From: an uncultured bacterium
GTDB taxonomy: Bacteria; Planctomycetota; UBA1135; GCA-002686595
Length of the DNA: 64,000 nucleotides
Direction: 5' to 3'
Assembly (NCBI GenBank): GCA_943787795.1
Contig: CALSNU010000001.1
Location: 320,001 to 384,000, forward strand
Positions 9,823 to 20,191 of the stretch are shown piece by piece. A model generated the notes under the pieces. That model was not told the origin of the DNA. It ran no database searches and worked only from the letters and a program-made list of their open reading frames with translations. Numbering within the stretch: the first letter of the stretch is position 1; every line of letters starts with the position of its first letter. The translations under genes and the position numbers were made by a program.

Positions 9823-11439
9823 TCAACCGCCAGCTGGCAGGACGCGGGCCAGCACGAAGCGCGTGCGGCCAGAGGTGGTCCTCAAGAGCTCTGCGATGGG
9901 AGGGGGAGCACCGACACCCGTCTCGACCGCCTCGGCTTGGCGGAGGTCGAGCAAGACCAGCTGGCCCGCGGCCGGCCACGGGCCATCGAGCTGGAACCGG
10001 CGCCAGGGGTGGTCGAGCAGGAAGTGGAGGTTGGAGTGGGTGTCGAACCAGTCGACGTGGAGCACCTCGCCCTCCTGGAGGAACGGGGCCAGCTCCTGAG
10101 CGGCGGCCCCCATGGCGCGGCGTTCGGCTCGACGGAGGTCCGTGCCCACGGCGATCGCTCCGAAGAGCGCGAGGGCGCAGCTCGCCATCGACGCCGCGCC
10201 GATGGACCCATCCGGGAGCCAGCGCCGGGAGCGGATGGAGCGAAGCGTGAGGCCGATGGCGGGGAGGCTCACCATGAGGGCCAGCGCCCGCGCGGAGGGA
10301 GGCGCGTGCGCTCCAAAGGCGTTCAGCGCCGCGGCGAGGCCGAGGCCTCCCGCGAGTGGTGGCAGCAGGCCGAAGGCGCGGAGCCGTATCCGCTCGGCTG
10401 ATGCTCCGGTGAGCTGCAGCGCGACGAGCGCGCCGACGGGAGCTGCCAGAGGGAGGAGGTAGCGCAGGCTCGTGCGCGGCACGAGCATGAAGACCACCGT
10501 GCCAGCCACCACAAAGGCCAATAGCGCGCGGCGAAGCGCGCGCTCCCCATCGTCGCCCTGGATCTTCACCAGGGGGAGCGCCAGGGACCACGGGGCGAAC
10601 AGCAGCATGACGGCCAGAGGGGCCGTCAACACTGCGAGCAGCCGCTCGACGGACCACGCCAGCGCGCGGTCGCTGCCCTCAGCCAGGGGCTGGGCGAAGG
10701 CCGCGGCCCCTGCGTCTTGCCAGGCCATGAGGGCCCAGGTCCCGATGGTGGCGAGCGATAGAGCCCAGGAGAGGCAGGCCATCGGCTGCACGAGGCGTCT
10801 CAGCCCGCCGGTGGCCCACGCGGCGGCGAGGAGGCCAGGGACGAAGAAGCCGACAGCCGGCGCGCCCTTCGACAGGAACCCGACCGTGAACCCGGCGCCG
10901 ACGAGGAGCCAGCGGCGCGGGCTGGAGACCGGGGCTGCGAGCTGGACCGCCGAGGCGAGGATGGCGACCCCGAGCCCGGCGGCCAGCAGCCCGTCGAACT
11001 CCGCGATGCGGATCTTCTGCAGGGTCAGGACCCCCGTGGCCCCGGCGAAGGCGGCCCAGGCCGCGCGGCGGAACCCGACCACGGGCGCGAGCACCCGGGC
11101 GCCGAGCCACGGACCCAGGATGGCGATCAGTGCGAAGGGCAGACGCAGGGCAAGGACGGTCTCGCCCAGCAGGCGAAAGCTAGCTGCCACCAGCCAGTAG
11201 GCCAGCGGAGGCTTGAAGGTGTAGAGCTCCCCGTAGAGCTGGGGGACCGCCCAGCTCCCCTCGCGGAGCATGTGCCGTGCGCCGGAACCGACGATGCCCT
11301 CCATGGTGACGACGGGGGCGAGGTCAAGTTGCGCGAGCGCCACGACCGCCAGCCCCAGGAGCAACAGGACCTCCGCTCGAAGGCGCGCCCCTTTCCCGCC
11401 GCTGAAGCTCACTCGCGCGGCGTTCCTGGCTGCGGTCAA
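9823..11439 (-). CDS. ArnT/GT39-like (GT-C fold) glycosyltransferase
   Basis: ARHMLREGSWAVPQLYGELYTFKPPLAYW, LRLP, LSKG motifs and many TM helices; start codon uncertain (TTG at 11439). Confidence 0.8.
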   Translation of the reverse strand: MTAARNAARVSFSGGKGARLRAEVLLLLGLAVVALAQLDLAPVVTMEGIVGSGARHMLREGSWAVPQLYGELYTFKPPLAYWLVAASFRLLGETVLALRLPFALIAILGPWLGARVLAPVVGFRRAAWAAFAGATGVLTLQKIRIAEFDGLLAAGLGVAILASAVQLAAPVSSPRRWLLVGAGFTVGFLSKGAPAVGFFVPGLLAAAWATGGLRRLVQPMACLSWALSLATIGTWALMAWQDAGAAAFAQPLAEGSDRALAWSVERLLAVLTAPLAVMLLFAPWSLALPLVKIQGDDGERALRRALLAFVVAGTVVFMLVPRTSLRYLLPLAAPVGALVALQLTGASAERIRLRAFGLLPPLAGGLGLAAALNAFGAHAPPSARALALMVSLPAIGLTLRSIRSRRWLPDGSIGAASMASCALALFGAIAVGTDLRRAERRAMGAAAQELAPFLQEGEVLHVDWFDTHSNLHFLLDHPWRRFQLDGPWPAAGQLVLLDLRQAEAVETGVGAPPPIAELLRTTSGRTRFVLARVLPAGG

Positions 11440-11704
11440 GGGGTCATCCTTGGGTCTGGAGGGGGGAGGTTCAGCGCCCCGAACCGCGGGCCGCTCGGGG
11501 CCTTCGCCGTGGGCTTCAAGCCATCGGCTCTGCGTGGAGACGTTATCAAACGGCCGCCTCAGGTGAAGTCCGGGGCCACCACGTGGGTGCCGTGAAGACC
11601 GAGAGAGGGCGCCAGGCCGTGGAGGCCTGGCGCCCCCCCCCGAGGCGACCTGCGCCGAGCCCGGCGGCGTCCCGATGGATCTTGCCGCTGGCCCGCCGCG
11701 AGTC

Positions 11705-13633
11705 CTACTGGAAGAGCAGCGAGCTCGCGTTCGTGAAGTTGAGTCCGCCGGACTGCGGCAGGTCTCGGTGCGCGAACTGCGCGTACCAGGTGGTGCCGGG
11801 CAAGACCCCTCCGCCGGCGATAGGCAGCTGCGCGATATCGATGAGCTCGACGGCGGCGCCGTCGGCGCTCGTGGTCTGAATCCCAAGCCGGATCAGGTTG
11901 CCGCTGAGGCAGAGGACGCCGCCGCCGAGCGGCGTCATCTGGGAGGCGTCTGCGAGAACGAAGAGGCCAGCGGAGCTGGGAGGGAGGCGCCGTGCGTGCA
12001 GCTCAAGGTCGTCCTCGCTCACCCGGGTCGACCCGAGGGCGAAGAGCTCACCGGCGCTCCCGGTTGAGTTCGAGAGGGAGCCGCAGCTGAACGCCTCCCG
12101 CGACACGAGGTCGATCGAGTCGATCCATCCGGCGCCGTTCGGGATTCCGACCCCGAACGCCGCGGCGTGGTCTGGGTGGACGGCGACGCCGTCGCACCAG
12201 GGGAACCACCCGGGCAGGCCGGAGTCGACCTCGAGGCGTGCTTGGAGGGTCCTCACGTCCACGACGAGGTATCGATTCGACGACGCGACGACGGCGTAGG
12301 CACCGTCCGGAGTCAGGTCGACGTCCACGGGCCAGCCCTCGATCTGGTCCGTGAAGATCGGCGTCGGGGCCGGCCCCGCGGTGAGGTCATAGAGCCGCAG
12401 ACGCGTGGTCTCGCCGGACGGCGCGATCACCGCGGCGAGCTCATTGGTGCAGACCACCGAGTCGAGCCCGGCGTAGATCCCGGAGTGTGTGGCCGGGAAC
12501 GGGCGAGAGTTCGTGATCGAGAGCCCGCCGCCGCCTGTCGGGAGGTTCCCGAGGTTGAACTCGTAGATCCTCCGGCCGGTCTGGACGAGCAGCGTCTCAC
12601 CGTCCGGCGTCACCGTCAGGTCGCGCGGCGAACCGGTCAGCAGGGCGAACCAGTTCGTCCCACCGTGGTCTTGAACGTTGAGGTACCCGCCAGCGGTGCT
12701 CGGGCCGCCCAGGGTGATCGTCGCCCATACGCTGTCCGTCATGACCACCGTGTCGAAGGCCGTCTCGAGGTACGGCCCGGTCGGGCCAGGGAAGCTCGTG
12801 ACGCGCCGGACGATCTGGGTGTTCGTTCCATCAAGTCGGATGAGCGCGACCTCGTCCTCGGCGCGGACCGTCGCGTACTGACCGTCCGGTGAGACGGCGA
12901 CGTCCATCGGGCGACCGGCGAGCTGGTCGAGCGGGAGGGTGTCCAGCACGACGCGTGGTCCGCCGCCGGCGGGCGGGACCAGCTCGACCACGAGGACCGA
13001 CGTGTCGCCACTGTTGGGGTCGATGGAGAGGGAGACCCCGTGGTCCGCAGTGACGGCGACCATGTCGTTCCCAAGCTCGGCGTTGATGCCCGGCGGCTCC
13101 GAAGGTTCGTTCAGCAGGATCGCGCCGCCCGCCAGGTCAATCACGAACGTCCCGCTCGCTCCTGTTCCGCCGAAACGCGAGCCGCCTCGGACGACGGCGA
13201 GCCTCCCGTCGGGCGTCAGTTCGACGTCACGGGGCCGGAACCCGCAGTCGATCTCGGTGATCAGCGTGGGAGGCGTCGTGGTCAGGTCGATCAGCTGAGC
13301 CTGCGAGCCGAGCGTCAGCGCCCGCACGTTGGAGACGGCGACGGCGTCGTTCGCCGGGCCCGAGCCGCCCACCAGTAGCGACGCGGGGGTGGAGTAGACG
13401 AGCTGCCCCGTCTCGAGCTCGACGATGAAGGTCACCGTGGCGCTGGCGGTGGTCCGACCGATCGCATAGCGGCCGTCCGGTGTGATCTCAACGTCGTCGA
13501 CCCCGAGGTTCGAGCGGTCCGCGAAGGAGGTGAACTGTGCCAACGCCGGCGTCGATAGCAGGGCTCCGACCGGGAGCGCGAACGCGACCCCGAGCGGGCG
13601 GAGGGTCCTGGGGAGCAGCTCGGAGAGCCTCAT
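11705..13633 (-). CDS. Secreted beta-propeller (YncE-like) protein with conserved C-terminal domain
   Basis: Signal peptide ending ALA-Q; repeated D-V-x-L/I/V-T/S-P-D-G blades; C-terminal domain shared with three other proteins in the window. Confidence 0.8.
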   Translation of the reverse strand: MRLSELLPRTLRPLGVAFALPVGALLSTPALAQFTSFADRSNLGVDDVEITPDGRYAIGRTTASATVTFIVELETGQLVYSTPASLLVGGSGPANDAVAVSNVRALTLGSQAQLIDLTTTPPTLITEIDCGFRPRDVELTPDGRLAVVRGGSRFGGTGASGTFVIDLAGGAILLNEPSEPPGINAELGNDMVAVTADHGVSLSIDPNSGDTSVLVVELVPPAGGGPRVVLDTLPLDQLAGRPMDVAVSPDGQYATVRAEDEVALIRLDGTNTQIVRRVTSFPGPTGPYLETAFDTVVMTDSVWATITLGGPSTAGGYLNVQDHGGTNWFALLTGSPRDLTVTPDGETLLVQTGRRIYEFNLGNLPTGGGGLSITNSRPFPATHSGIYAGLDSVVCTNELAAVIAPSGETTRLRLYDLTAGPAPTPIFTDQIEGWPVDVDLTPDGAYAVVASSNRYLVVDVRTLQARLEVDSGLPGWFPWCDGVAVHPDHAAAFGVGIPNGAGWIDSIDLVSREAFSCGSLSNSTGSAGELFALGSTRVSEDDLELHARRLPPSSAGLFVLADASQMTPLGGGVLCLSGNLIRLGIQTTSADGAAVELIDIAQLPIAGGGVLPGTTWYAQFAHRDLPQSGGLNFTNASSLLFQ

Positions 13634-13988
13634 GGGCAGGCCGATGGGCTGGGGACGGCGGTGCGAGCGGAGGGGGTTGGTCATGACGGTCTCATGCGGG
13701 TGTGGCGGGAAACAGCCGGGCTCGGTGATAGCCGGTGCCGTCTCCTGGGTCACTCTGTCACGTGAACTCTTGGCGGGGAGGCTGGTGCGGACGACGGATC
13801 ACGGATGCTGACGGGAAGGCGGCGTCTGGCCGTGGGCAACCTCGCGGCCATCGCGTCGCCGGATGTCCGGGCCGCGTCCGCCCAGAGGCGAGGCGTCGGA
13901 GGGCGCAGCGGCGGGCGCGTAGGCGGCGAGTCTGGGTCATGGGATCGACCGGCTGCACCGTATCGCTCGCTCCGGCCGACCGACCCTC

Positions 13989-14867
13989 TCAGGCCGTTCT
14001 GGGCCAGCGGAGGCGTTCATTCCAGGGTCCAGGCGGAGGCTGCCCCCGGAGACGCACGGGCTCTCGTAGCAGCCTGGCGAGGAGCGCTCCGCGGTGGCGC
14101 CGGGCGGCGGGTAGGAGGTCGCGGCGGGCAGGCTGGCCATGGTCGACGCGGGCCCGCACGTAGGCCTCGAGCAGGAGCTGCTGCTCTGGTGTGGACCACA
14201 GGTCCATGCCGTCAAGCAAGAGGCAAGCCAGGTCATACGCGGGCCCCCGGAGCGAGGCGTGCGGGGCCGCGCGCCAGCTATCCACAAAGACGAGCCGTCG
14301 CGCGGCGGTGGGGGGCAGGACGAGGATGTTCCTCGGGAAGAGGTCGCGATGGATGAAGCCCAGCGCGTGCATGCGGCCGACCTCTCCGCCCAGCTCTCTC
14401 GCGAGGCTGCGCCGGCTCCCCTCATCGGCGCTCGTCAGGGGCCGATCTTCGTTCCGGTCGTCGAGGCTCTCCGGCGCACTGCCCAGGGCCGCGTCCAACT
14501 CCTGCACGCCCGAGAGCTGTTCGAGGATGAGGGCCTGGTAGCGGGGGAGGCCACCGCGCCAGAGGACCCCGGCGGCGAGGGCGCGTGGGACCTGGAAGCC
14601 GCGCTCTGCCAGCCAGCGGAGGTTCTCGTACTCACGAACCCTGGGGAGGGGCTGACCCCAGAGGCGGCGCAGCGCATGACGGCGCGCTGCCGAACCCGAC
14701 AGGGGGCTTGCCTTGGCGAAGACCGGCGCTCCGCCGGGTTCGACCACTCCGGTGAAGGGCCGGGGTGCACGCGCCTCCACCAGCCGGATGAGGTCGCGCT
14801 TCGCCTCCGTGGTGCCCCACAGCACGAGGGTGCCCCCCTCCAGGCGCATGCGCTGGTCAGCGCCCAT
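13989..14867 (-). CDS. Lipopolysaccharide kinase (Kdo/WaaP/InaA) family protein
   Basis: REYENL..L...GFQVPRALA, GFIHRDLFPRNIL, FVD, YDLACL motifs. Confidence 0.8.
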   Translation of the reverse strand: MGADQRMRLEGGTLVLWGTTEAKRDLIRLVEARAPRPFTGVVEPGGAPVFAKASPLSGSAARRHALRRLWGQPLPRVREYENLRWLAERGFQVPRALAAGVLWRGGLPRYQALILEQLSGVQELDAALGSAPESLDDRNEDRPLTSADEGSRRSLARELGGEVGRMHALGFIHRDLFPRNILVLPPTAARRLVFVDSWRAAPHASLRGPAYDLACLLLDGMDLWSTPEQQLLLEAYVRARVDHGQPARRDLLPAARRHRGALLARLLREPVRLRGQPPPGPWNERLRWPRTA

Positions 14868-15468
14868 GGACGGTGGCGGCGACGAAGGTCTGGGGAGAGA
14901 GGTACCGGAAGGAGGCGGCATGACCCACGACTCGCGCCCCGGCGCTCTCGAAGTCCGCGCGCAGCGCCGCGCGCGGAACGGCGAGGCGCGTGTCGGCTTG
15001 CCGCGCCCGCCGCAGGCCTTTGCGTCTCCGCAGGGCATGCCAGCTCCTCGAGTCCCAGAAGGACGCGATGACGACGCCCTTGCAGACCCGGACCAGCTCC
15101 CCGATAGCCTGGTGCCGCTCGGCGGGGCCGAGGTGGTGCAGGAGCCTGCAGCAAACCACGGTGTCGAAGTGATCGTCGGGGAAGGGCAGGGCATGCACCT
15201 CCCCCTGGACCCGCTCGCCGCCGCACTCGGCCAGCATGCTGGCCGAGTAGTCCAGGGCGAGGTACTCCCGGCCGGGCTCCAGGGCCGCCTGCAGACGCCC
15301 GGTTCCAGAGGGCGCGTCCAGGATGCTCCCGCCGGGTGAGCCGTGGCGGTCGAGCAGTCCGAGGACCATCCGGGCATCACGGCCCCGGGACCGCGGACTC
15401 CGAAAGCGGTCCCCCGCGTAGTGTCGGCCAGCGCCCTCTCCGGTCCACTTCGTCTGCGCACGGGCCAT
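14857..15468 (-). CDS. Class I SAM-dependent methyltransferase
   Basis: ILDAPSGTGR, LDYSASML, LPFPDDHFDTVVCCRLLHH. Confidence 0.9.
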   Translation of the reverse strand: MARAQTKWTGEGAGRHYAGDRFRSPRSRGRDARMVLGLLDRHGSPGGSILDAPSGTGRLQAALEPGREYLALDYSASMLAECGGERVQGEVHALPFPDDHFDTVVCCRLLHHLGPAERHQAIGELVRVCKGVVIASFWDSRSWHALRRRKGLRRARQADTRLAVPRAALRADFESAGARVVGHAASFRYLSPQTFVAATVHGR

Positions 15469-16125
15469 CGCTCCAGTATGCCCGCGCCCGGTGACGCCCG
15501 GCGAGATCTTGGCCCTGCAGCCAGCCGAACTCGTAGGCGACGGCCGTGGATCACACGGCGTCCTGCGCCCACGCAGGAGCCAAGGCGCCGGTGCCCAAGG
15601 GGCACCGCACGCGCCTGGGTCATCGCGCTCGCGGTGGCGAGCGCGCCTTCCGGGGAGTCCGACCTACCCCGCCAGGGATCGAGCCTTGCCCCTGGTGGAT
15701 CCATGATCGATGCCTCCACGCCTCTCTGGCGCGACCGAAGGGCTGCCCGCTGCGCCAGGTGCCTGCAGGGTGGGTGGGCGAGCCAGGTGGACAGGTTTAG
15801 GGGTTTACCCTTACCGGGTGCCGCGGGGCGCCCTACGATCGAGGCGTCTTGAATCCAGGACCGTGGGGCCTGGATCTGCTCTCAACGCCATCCGCCCCGG
15901 GCTGCCCATGGAGACAACTCGCAGGTCGACCTGCGTCCTCGCCGCCGGATGCGCGAGCCTCGCCGCTCGCGCCCACCACGGTGATGACCATCCGGCCCGG
16001 GGTCTCGACGGCCCGACCGCCGCAACGGTCCCGGGGGCGCTTTGACGTTGCACTTCCTACCCCGGCCTGGGGATGACCATGGACTTCCGAGCGATCGGGC
16101 AGACCACCTGGGATCGAAGAACCTG

Positions 16126-17619
16126 ATGGCTGGGTTGAGGGAGCGGCCCATCCACTCCGCCGAGCCCGTCCACTCCGCTGAGCCCATCCACTCCGCTGAG
16201 CCCATCCACTCCGCTGAGCCCGTCCACTCCGCTGAGCCCATCCACTCCGCCAAGAATGAGGATCGGATCGGCAAGTTCCGCCTCGTCCGTGAGATCGGCC
16301 GCGGCGCCATGGGCGTGGTCTACGAGGCCTTCCAGGACGACCTTCAGCGCTGCGTCGCCCTGAAGGTGATCGCGCCAGGGGTGCTCGACGCGAGGCCCAA
16401 CGCTCAGGAGGCGTTCGAGACCGAGGCGAGGCTGGCCGCCAGCGTTCGCCACCCGGGGGTGGTCTCGGTCCACGAGGTCGGCTTCGCCGATGGCCGCGCG
16501 TACCTGGCGATGGAGTTCGTGGAGGGCGATTCGCTCGGCGCAGCATCGGCGCCGATGCACCCGAGGGAGCTGGCGCGGGTCACGCTCGAGATCGCGCGCG
16601 CCGTGTCGGCTCTGCATGAGGGCGGCATCGTGCACCGCGACCTGAAGCCCGATAACGTCCTCATGGACCGCGACGGGCGGGCGCGCGTGACGGACTTCGG
16701 GCTGGCGTTCCTGCATGGCGAGAGCGGCGTCGAGGTCGCGGGCACACCGGGGTTCATGGCGCCTGAGCAGCTGCGTGCCGGGTTTGGCCCCGTCGGAGAA
16801 GGCAGCGACGTCTACGCGCTGGGCGCGGTGATGCACTCGCTGATGACCGGGCAGCACCCCAACGCCGCGAAGCGGGTGATCGATGTTGTGATCGCCACGG
16901 TTGAGCGCGACCTCCCGGTCGTTCTCCCAGCGGCTGGTGTCCCGGCCGAGCTGTCGGCCATCTGTCGGCGATGTCTCGAGCGTCGCGTGGAGGACCGCTA
17001 TGCCAGTGCGGCGGCGGTCGCCGATGACCTGGAGAGATGGTTGCGAGGAGACGCGCCCGAGGCGACGCCGCCGGGGCGACTGCGACAGGCGCAGTCGTTC
17101 TTCCGTCGCCGGCGGATGCTGGCCGGGCGGGTGCTCGCCCTGTTCGCCTTCGGAATGCTGTCGCTCCTGAACTACGCGATCCTCGGGGTGATGGAGGCGG
17201 GCTACTTCTTCCGCGTCATCGCCGTGCTCGGGTTGCTCGTGATGGCCTCCGTGCTGCTGGACTGGATGAATCGTCGCGGCTCGTTCTTGCGTCAAACGCC
17301 CTACGTCTGGCCGCTGCTCGATTGCGTCGGGTTGACCTGGGTCCTGCATGTCGGGGACGGCCTCGACTCGTCGCTGATCGTCCTGTATCCGATGTTGATC
17401 GTCATGACGGGCTCCTGGCTCGACCGCTCGGTGGTGTTCGTGACCATGGCCCTGGCCATGCTCGCTTACGCCTCGGGGATCGCCCTGGGCACGAGCGAGG
17501 TGGCTGGCATCGAGCAGCACCTCGCTGTCATGACAACGCTCCTTGTGACCGCGTTACTGATGGGCATGCAAGTCGAGCGCACTCGTGCGCTGCGCGAGTA
17601 CGCGTCGAGCCGCTGGTAG
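16126..17619 (+). CDS. Membrane Ser/Thr protein kinase (Hanks type) with N-terminal hexapeptide repeats and multi-TM C-terminus
   Basis: IGRGAMGVV, VALKVI, HRDLKPDN, DFG, GTPGFMAPEQ, DVYALG; about 6 C-terminal hydrophobic helices. Start may be further upstream (16042). Confidence 0.9.
   Translation: MAGLRERPIHSAEPVHSAEPIHSAEPIHSAEPVHSAEPIHSAKNEDRIGKFRLVREIGRGAMGVVYEAFQDDLQRCVALKVIAPGVLDARPNAQEAFETEARLAASVRHPGVVSVHEVGFADGRAYLAMEFVEGDSLGAASAPMHPRELARVTLEIARAVSALHEGGIVHRDLKPDNVLMDRDGRARVTDFGLAFLHGESGVEVAGTPGFMAPEQLRAGFGPVGEGSDVYALGAVMHSLMTGQHPNAAKRVIDVVIATVERDLPVVLPAAGVPAELSAICRRCLERRVEDRYASAAAVADDLERWLRGDAPEATPPGRLRQAQSFFRRRRMLAGRVLALFAFGMLSLLNYAILGVMEAGYFFRVIAVLGLLVMASVLLDWMNRRGSFLRQTPYVWPLLDCVGLTWVLHVGDGLDSSLIVLYPMLIVMTGSWLDRSVVFVTMALAMLAYASGIALGTSEVAGIEQHLAVMTTLLVTALLMGMQVERTRALREYASSRW
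16147..16254 (+). repeat. 18-bp coding tandem repeat x6 (P[IV]HSAE)
   Basis: ccc[ag]tccactccgc[ct]gag repeated six times, the last ending aag. Confidence 0.95.
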
Positions 17620-17622
17620 GGC

Positions 17623-17694
17623 GCGACGGCTGCGGATGCGACGGCTGAGGATGCGACAGCTGCAGACGCGACGGCTGCGGACGCAGCGGCTGCC
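17623..17694. repeat. 15-bp tandem repeat (GCGACGGCTGCGGAT-like, about 5 copies)
   Basis: Read directly, immediately after the kinase stop codon. Confidence 0.85.
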
Positions 17695-17885
17695 CCCCCC
17701 GAGTCACCATCACCGGAGCGTCACGGCGACCGCGTCCTCCGCGTTGGAGGTGTTCTGCTCGCCGCTCGCGTCCCGGTGCGCCTTGAGGGGTTCAACTCCC
17801 CGGACGGCCCAGCTGTCGCAGGTCGGTCGGCCTGCCGTGTTGTCACGTGCCGGGCCCCTCCTCGGCATTCGCTAGTCTCTCGCCC

Positions 17886-18878
17886 ATGCAAGGACCAGCA
17901 TTCCAGGCCAGGGCCAAGCTCGAAGCGATGGCTTGCGAGGCCACCGGCGCGACTCGAACTCTCTCGTGCGAGGTGGTTCAGAGTCTCTGGAGTGGCTACG
18001 GGCAGATCCTCCGCTTCGAGCTCGGGGGGGGCACCTGTTCGAGCGTGGTGGTCAAGCACGTGAAGTGGCCGACGGCACGCGACCATCCCCGCTCGTGGAA
18101 CTCGGACCTTGGCCACGAGCGCAAGGTCCATTCCTACGTGGTGGAGACGGCCTGGTACCGAGACCATGCAGAGTCATGTGGGCCCGCTTGCCGCGTCCCC
18201 CGATGTCTGGCGCTCGCGGCCGACGGCGACGAGGTCTACATGGTCCTGGAGGACCTCGACGCGGCAGGCTACGGCCGTCGGTCGAGCGACCCGAGTCCGG
18301 CCCAGCTCGAGGCGTGCCTGTCCTGGCTGGCGAACTTCCATGCGAGGTTCCTGGGCATAGAGAGCCAGGGGCTCTGGCCCATTGGCACCTACTGGCATCT
18401 GGCGACCCGTCCGGAAGAGCTCGCTGCCATCGAGCCGGGGCCCCTGAGGGACGCCGCCCCCGAGCTGGATCGCAGGCTGAACGCGAGCCCGTATCAGACC
18501 TTCGTGCATGGCGACGCCAAGCTGGCGAACTTCTGCTTCTCGGACAGCGGCACCGCCGTCGCGGCGGTGGACTTCCAGTACGTCGGCGCGGGGTGCGGCA
18601 TGAAGGACCTCGCCTACTTCGTCAGCAGCTGCTTCGGCGAGGATCAATGCGAAGCCCGGGAGCAAGAGCTGCTCGACCGGTACTTCCTGCACCTGGAAGC
18701 GGCGCTGGAGCGAGACCAGAGCCCCGTCGAATTCTCCGCCCTGGAGGCCGACTGGCGAGCGCTCTACCCGGTCGCATGGACGGACTTCTATCGCTTCTTG
18801 AAAGGGTGGAGTCCCGACCACTGGAAGATCCACCGCTATAGCGAGCGTCTGGCAAGGCAGGTCTTGGGGCAGCTATGA
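17886..18878 (+). CDS. Choline/aminoglycoside/ecdysteroid kinase-like phosphotransferase
   Basis: [43 protein letters not shown]. Confidence 0.85.
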   Translation: MQGPAFQARAKLEAMACEATGATRTLSCEVVQSLWSGYGQILRFELGGGTCSSVVVKHVKWPTARDHPRSWNSDLGHERKVHSYVVETAWYRDHAESCGPACRVPRCLALAADGDEVYMVLEDLDAAGYGRRSSDPSPAQLEACLSWLANFHARFLGIESQGLWPIGTYWHLATRPEELAAIEPGPLRDAAPELDRRLNASPYQTFVHGDAKLANFCFSDSGTAVAAVDFQYVGAGCGMKDLAYFVSSCFGEDQCEAREQELLDRYFLHLEAALERDQSPVEFSALEADWRALYPVAWTDFYRFLKGWSPDHWKIHRYSERLARQVLGQL

Positions 18879-19768
18879 GGCTGAGTCCGAGCGACAGGCG
18901 ATGGCTCGCTGGGTCCGCGTGCCGCGCCGCGCGCGAGGCCGGCGACTTCATCCGCGCCTCGCGGCCGGCCATCGTCGAACGCAAGTCGGGGGGCCAAAGC
19001 GAGGCCTCGCAGGTCGTCACGGAGATTGACCGGAGGAGCCAGGAGATCATCCTCGAGGTCCTGCAGGAGAGCGTGACGCGATGCTCGCTCGGTGTGCTGA
19101 GCGAGGAGCTGCACGACGATGGCAGCCGCCTGGAGCGCGACTTCTTCTGGTCCATTGACCCGCTCGACGGGACCCTGCCCTACGTCGAAGCTCGCCCGGG
19201 CTATGCGGTCTCGATCGCGCTCGTCTCCCGCGAAGGGGTCCCCGAGATCGGAGTCATCGTGGATCCCGTCCATGACACTCTTCACTGCGCGATTCGTGGT
19301 GGCGGCATGACCCTTAACGGTGAGCCGTGGTCGCCCCCGCCGCCGAGAGCGAACGTGGGAGTGTCGGTCTTCGCAGATCGGAGCCTCCTGAACCACCCGC
19401 GGTACGCGACCGTCGTGGCGGCCCTCGATACGGGATCTGTGGACTCGGGCAGCACCGGAGCGGGGGTCCTGCTGGGTAGCGGCGCCGTCATGAACGCCTG
19501 CAGGACACTGGAGAGTCCACCTGCCTGCTACTTCAAGTTCCCCAAGGAAGAGGAGGGCGGCGGAGCGCTGTGGGACTTCGCCGCGTCGGCGTGCCTGTTC
19601 ACCGAAGCGGGGGCCGTCGCCACGAACATCCACGGCGGGCCACTGGATCTGAACCGCACGGACGGAACGTGGATGAACCATGAAGGCGTCATCTTTGCGA
19701 CGAGCGACGCCCTCGCGGCACGGATCACGGAGATCTACCGCGATGGGTCCGCGGCACGCGGTACTTGA
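18875..19768 (+). CDS. Inositol monophosphatase / CysQ-family phosphatase
   Basis: [24 protein letters not shown] motifs; ATGA overlap with the upstream gene. Confidence 0.9.
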   Translation: MRLSPSDRRWLAGSACRAAREAGDFIRASRPAIVERKSGGQSEASQVVTEIDRRSQEIILEVLQESVTRCSLGVLSEELHDDGSRLERDFFWSIDPLDGTLPYVEARPGYAVSIALVSREGVPEIGVIVDPVHDTLHCAIRGGGMTLNGEPWSPPPPRANVGVSVFADRSLLNHPRYATVVAALDTGSVDSGSTGAGVLLGSGAVMNACRTLESPPACYFKFPKEEEGGGALWDFAASACLFTEAGAVATNIHGGPLDLNRTDGTWMNHEGVIFATSDALAARITEIYRDGSAARGT

Positions 19769-19787
19769 AGGCCGGGACCCTGATGGG

Positions 19788-20156
19788 ATGCGACGCAAGG
19801 CTCGGCTCGCCGACGGTCACCTGGTCGGCGAACCGGTGGGGAGCCTCAAACTCGTCGATGACCTCGCGAGGGAGAGCCACCTTGAGCCGACACGCTTGGG
19901 GGATCAGGGGCGACCCATCAACGTCGCGTGGGTCTTCCGCGTCGCGATGTGCAGGCTCCTGGCGTCGGCATCCTGGAACGAGATTGGGAACCAGACCGGC
20001 CGGCTTGCGTCTTCGTGTGCGAGCTCGTTCAAGCGTCACCATGCTCGATTGATCGATGGGCACGAGCCATACAGACAGGCCGCGGCTCGTGCTGGCGCTC
20101 TGGTCGCTCAGGCGGTTTCGGGCCAAGAGTCGACCACCGGGCGTTGTGCGCGATAG
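19788..20156 (+). pseudogene. Possible remnant encoding a DnaA-domain-IV-like helix-turn-helix
   Basis: AMCRLLASASWNEIGNQTGR resembles the AMYL..L...S..EIG..FG.R HTH pattern; no upstream catalytic domain present. Confidence 0.3.
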
Positions 20157-20191
20157 TTGCTACGACTCCGTACGTCACCGCCGGCGGACGG

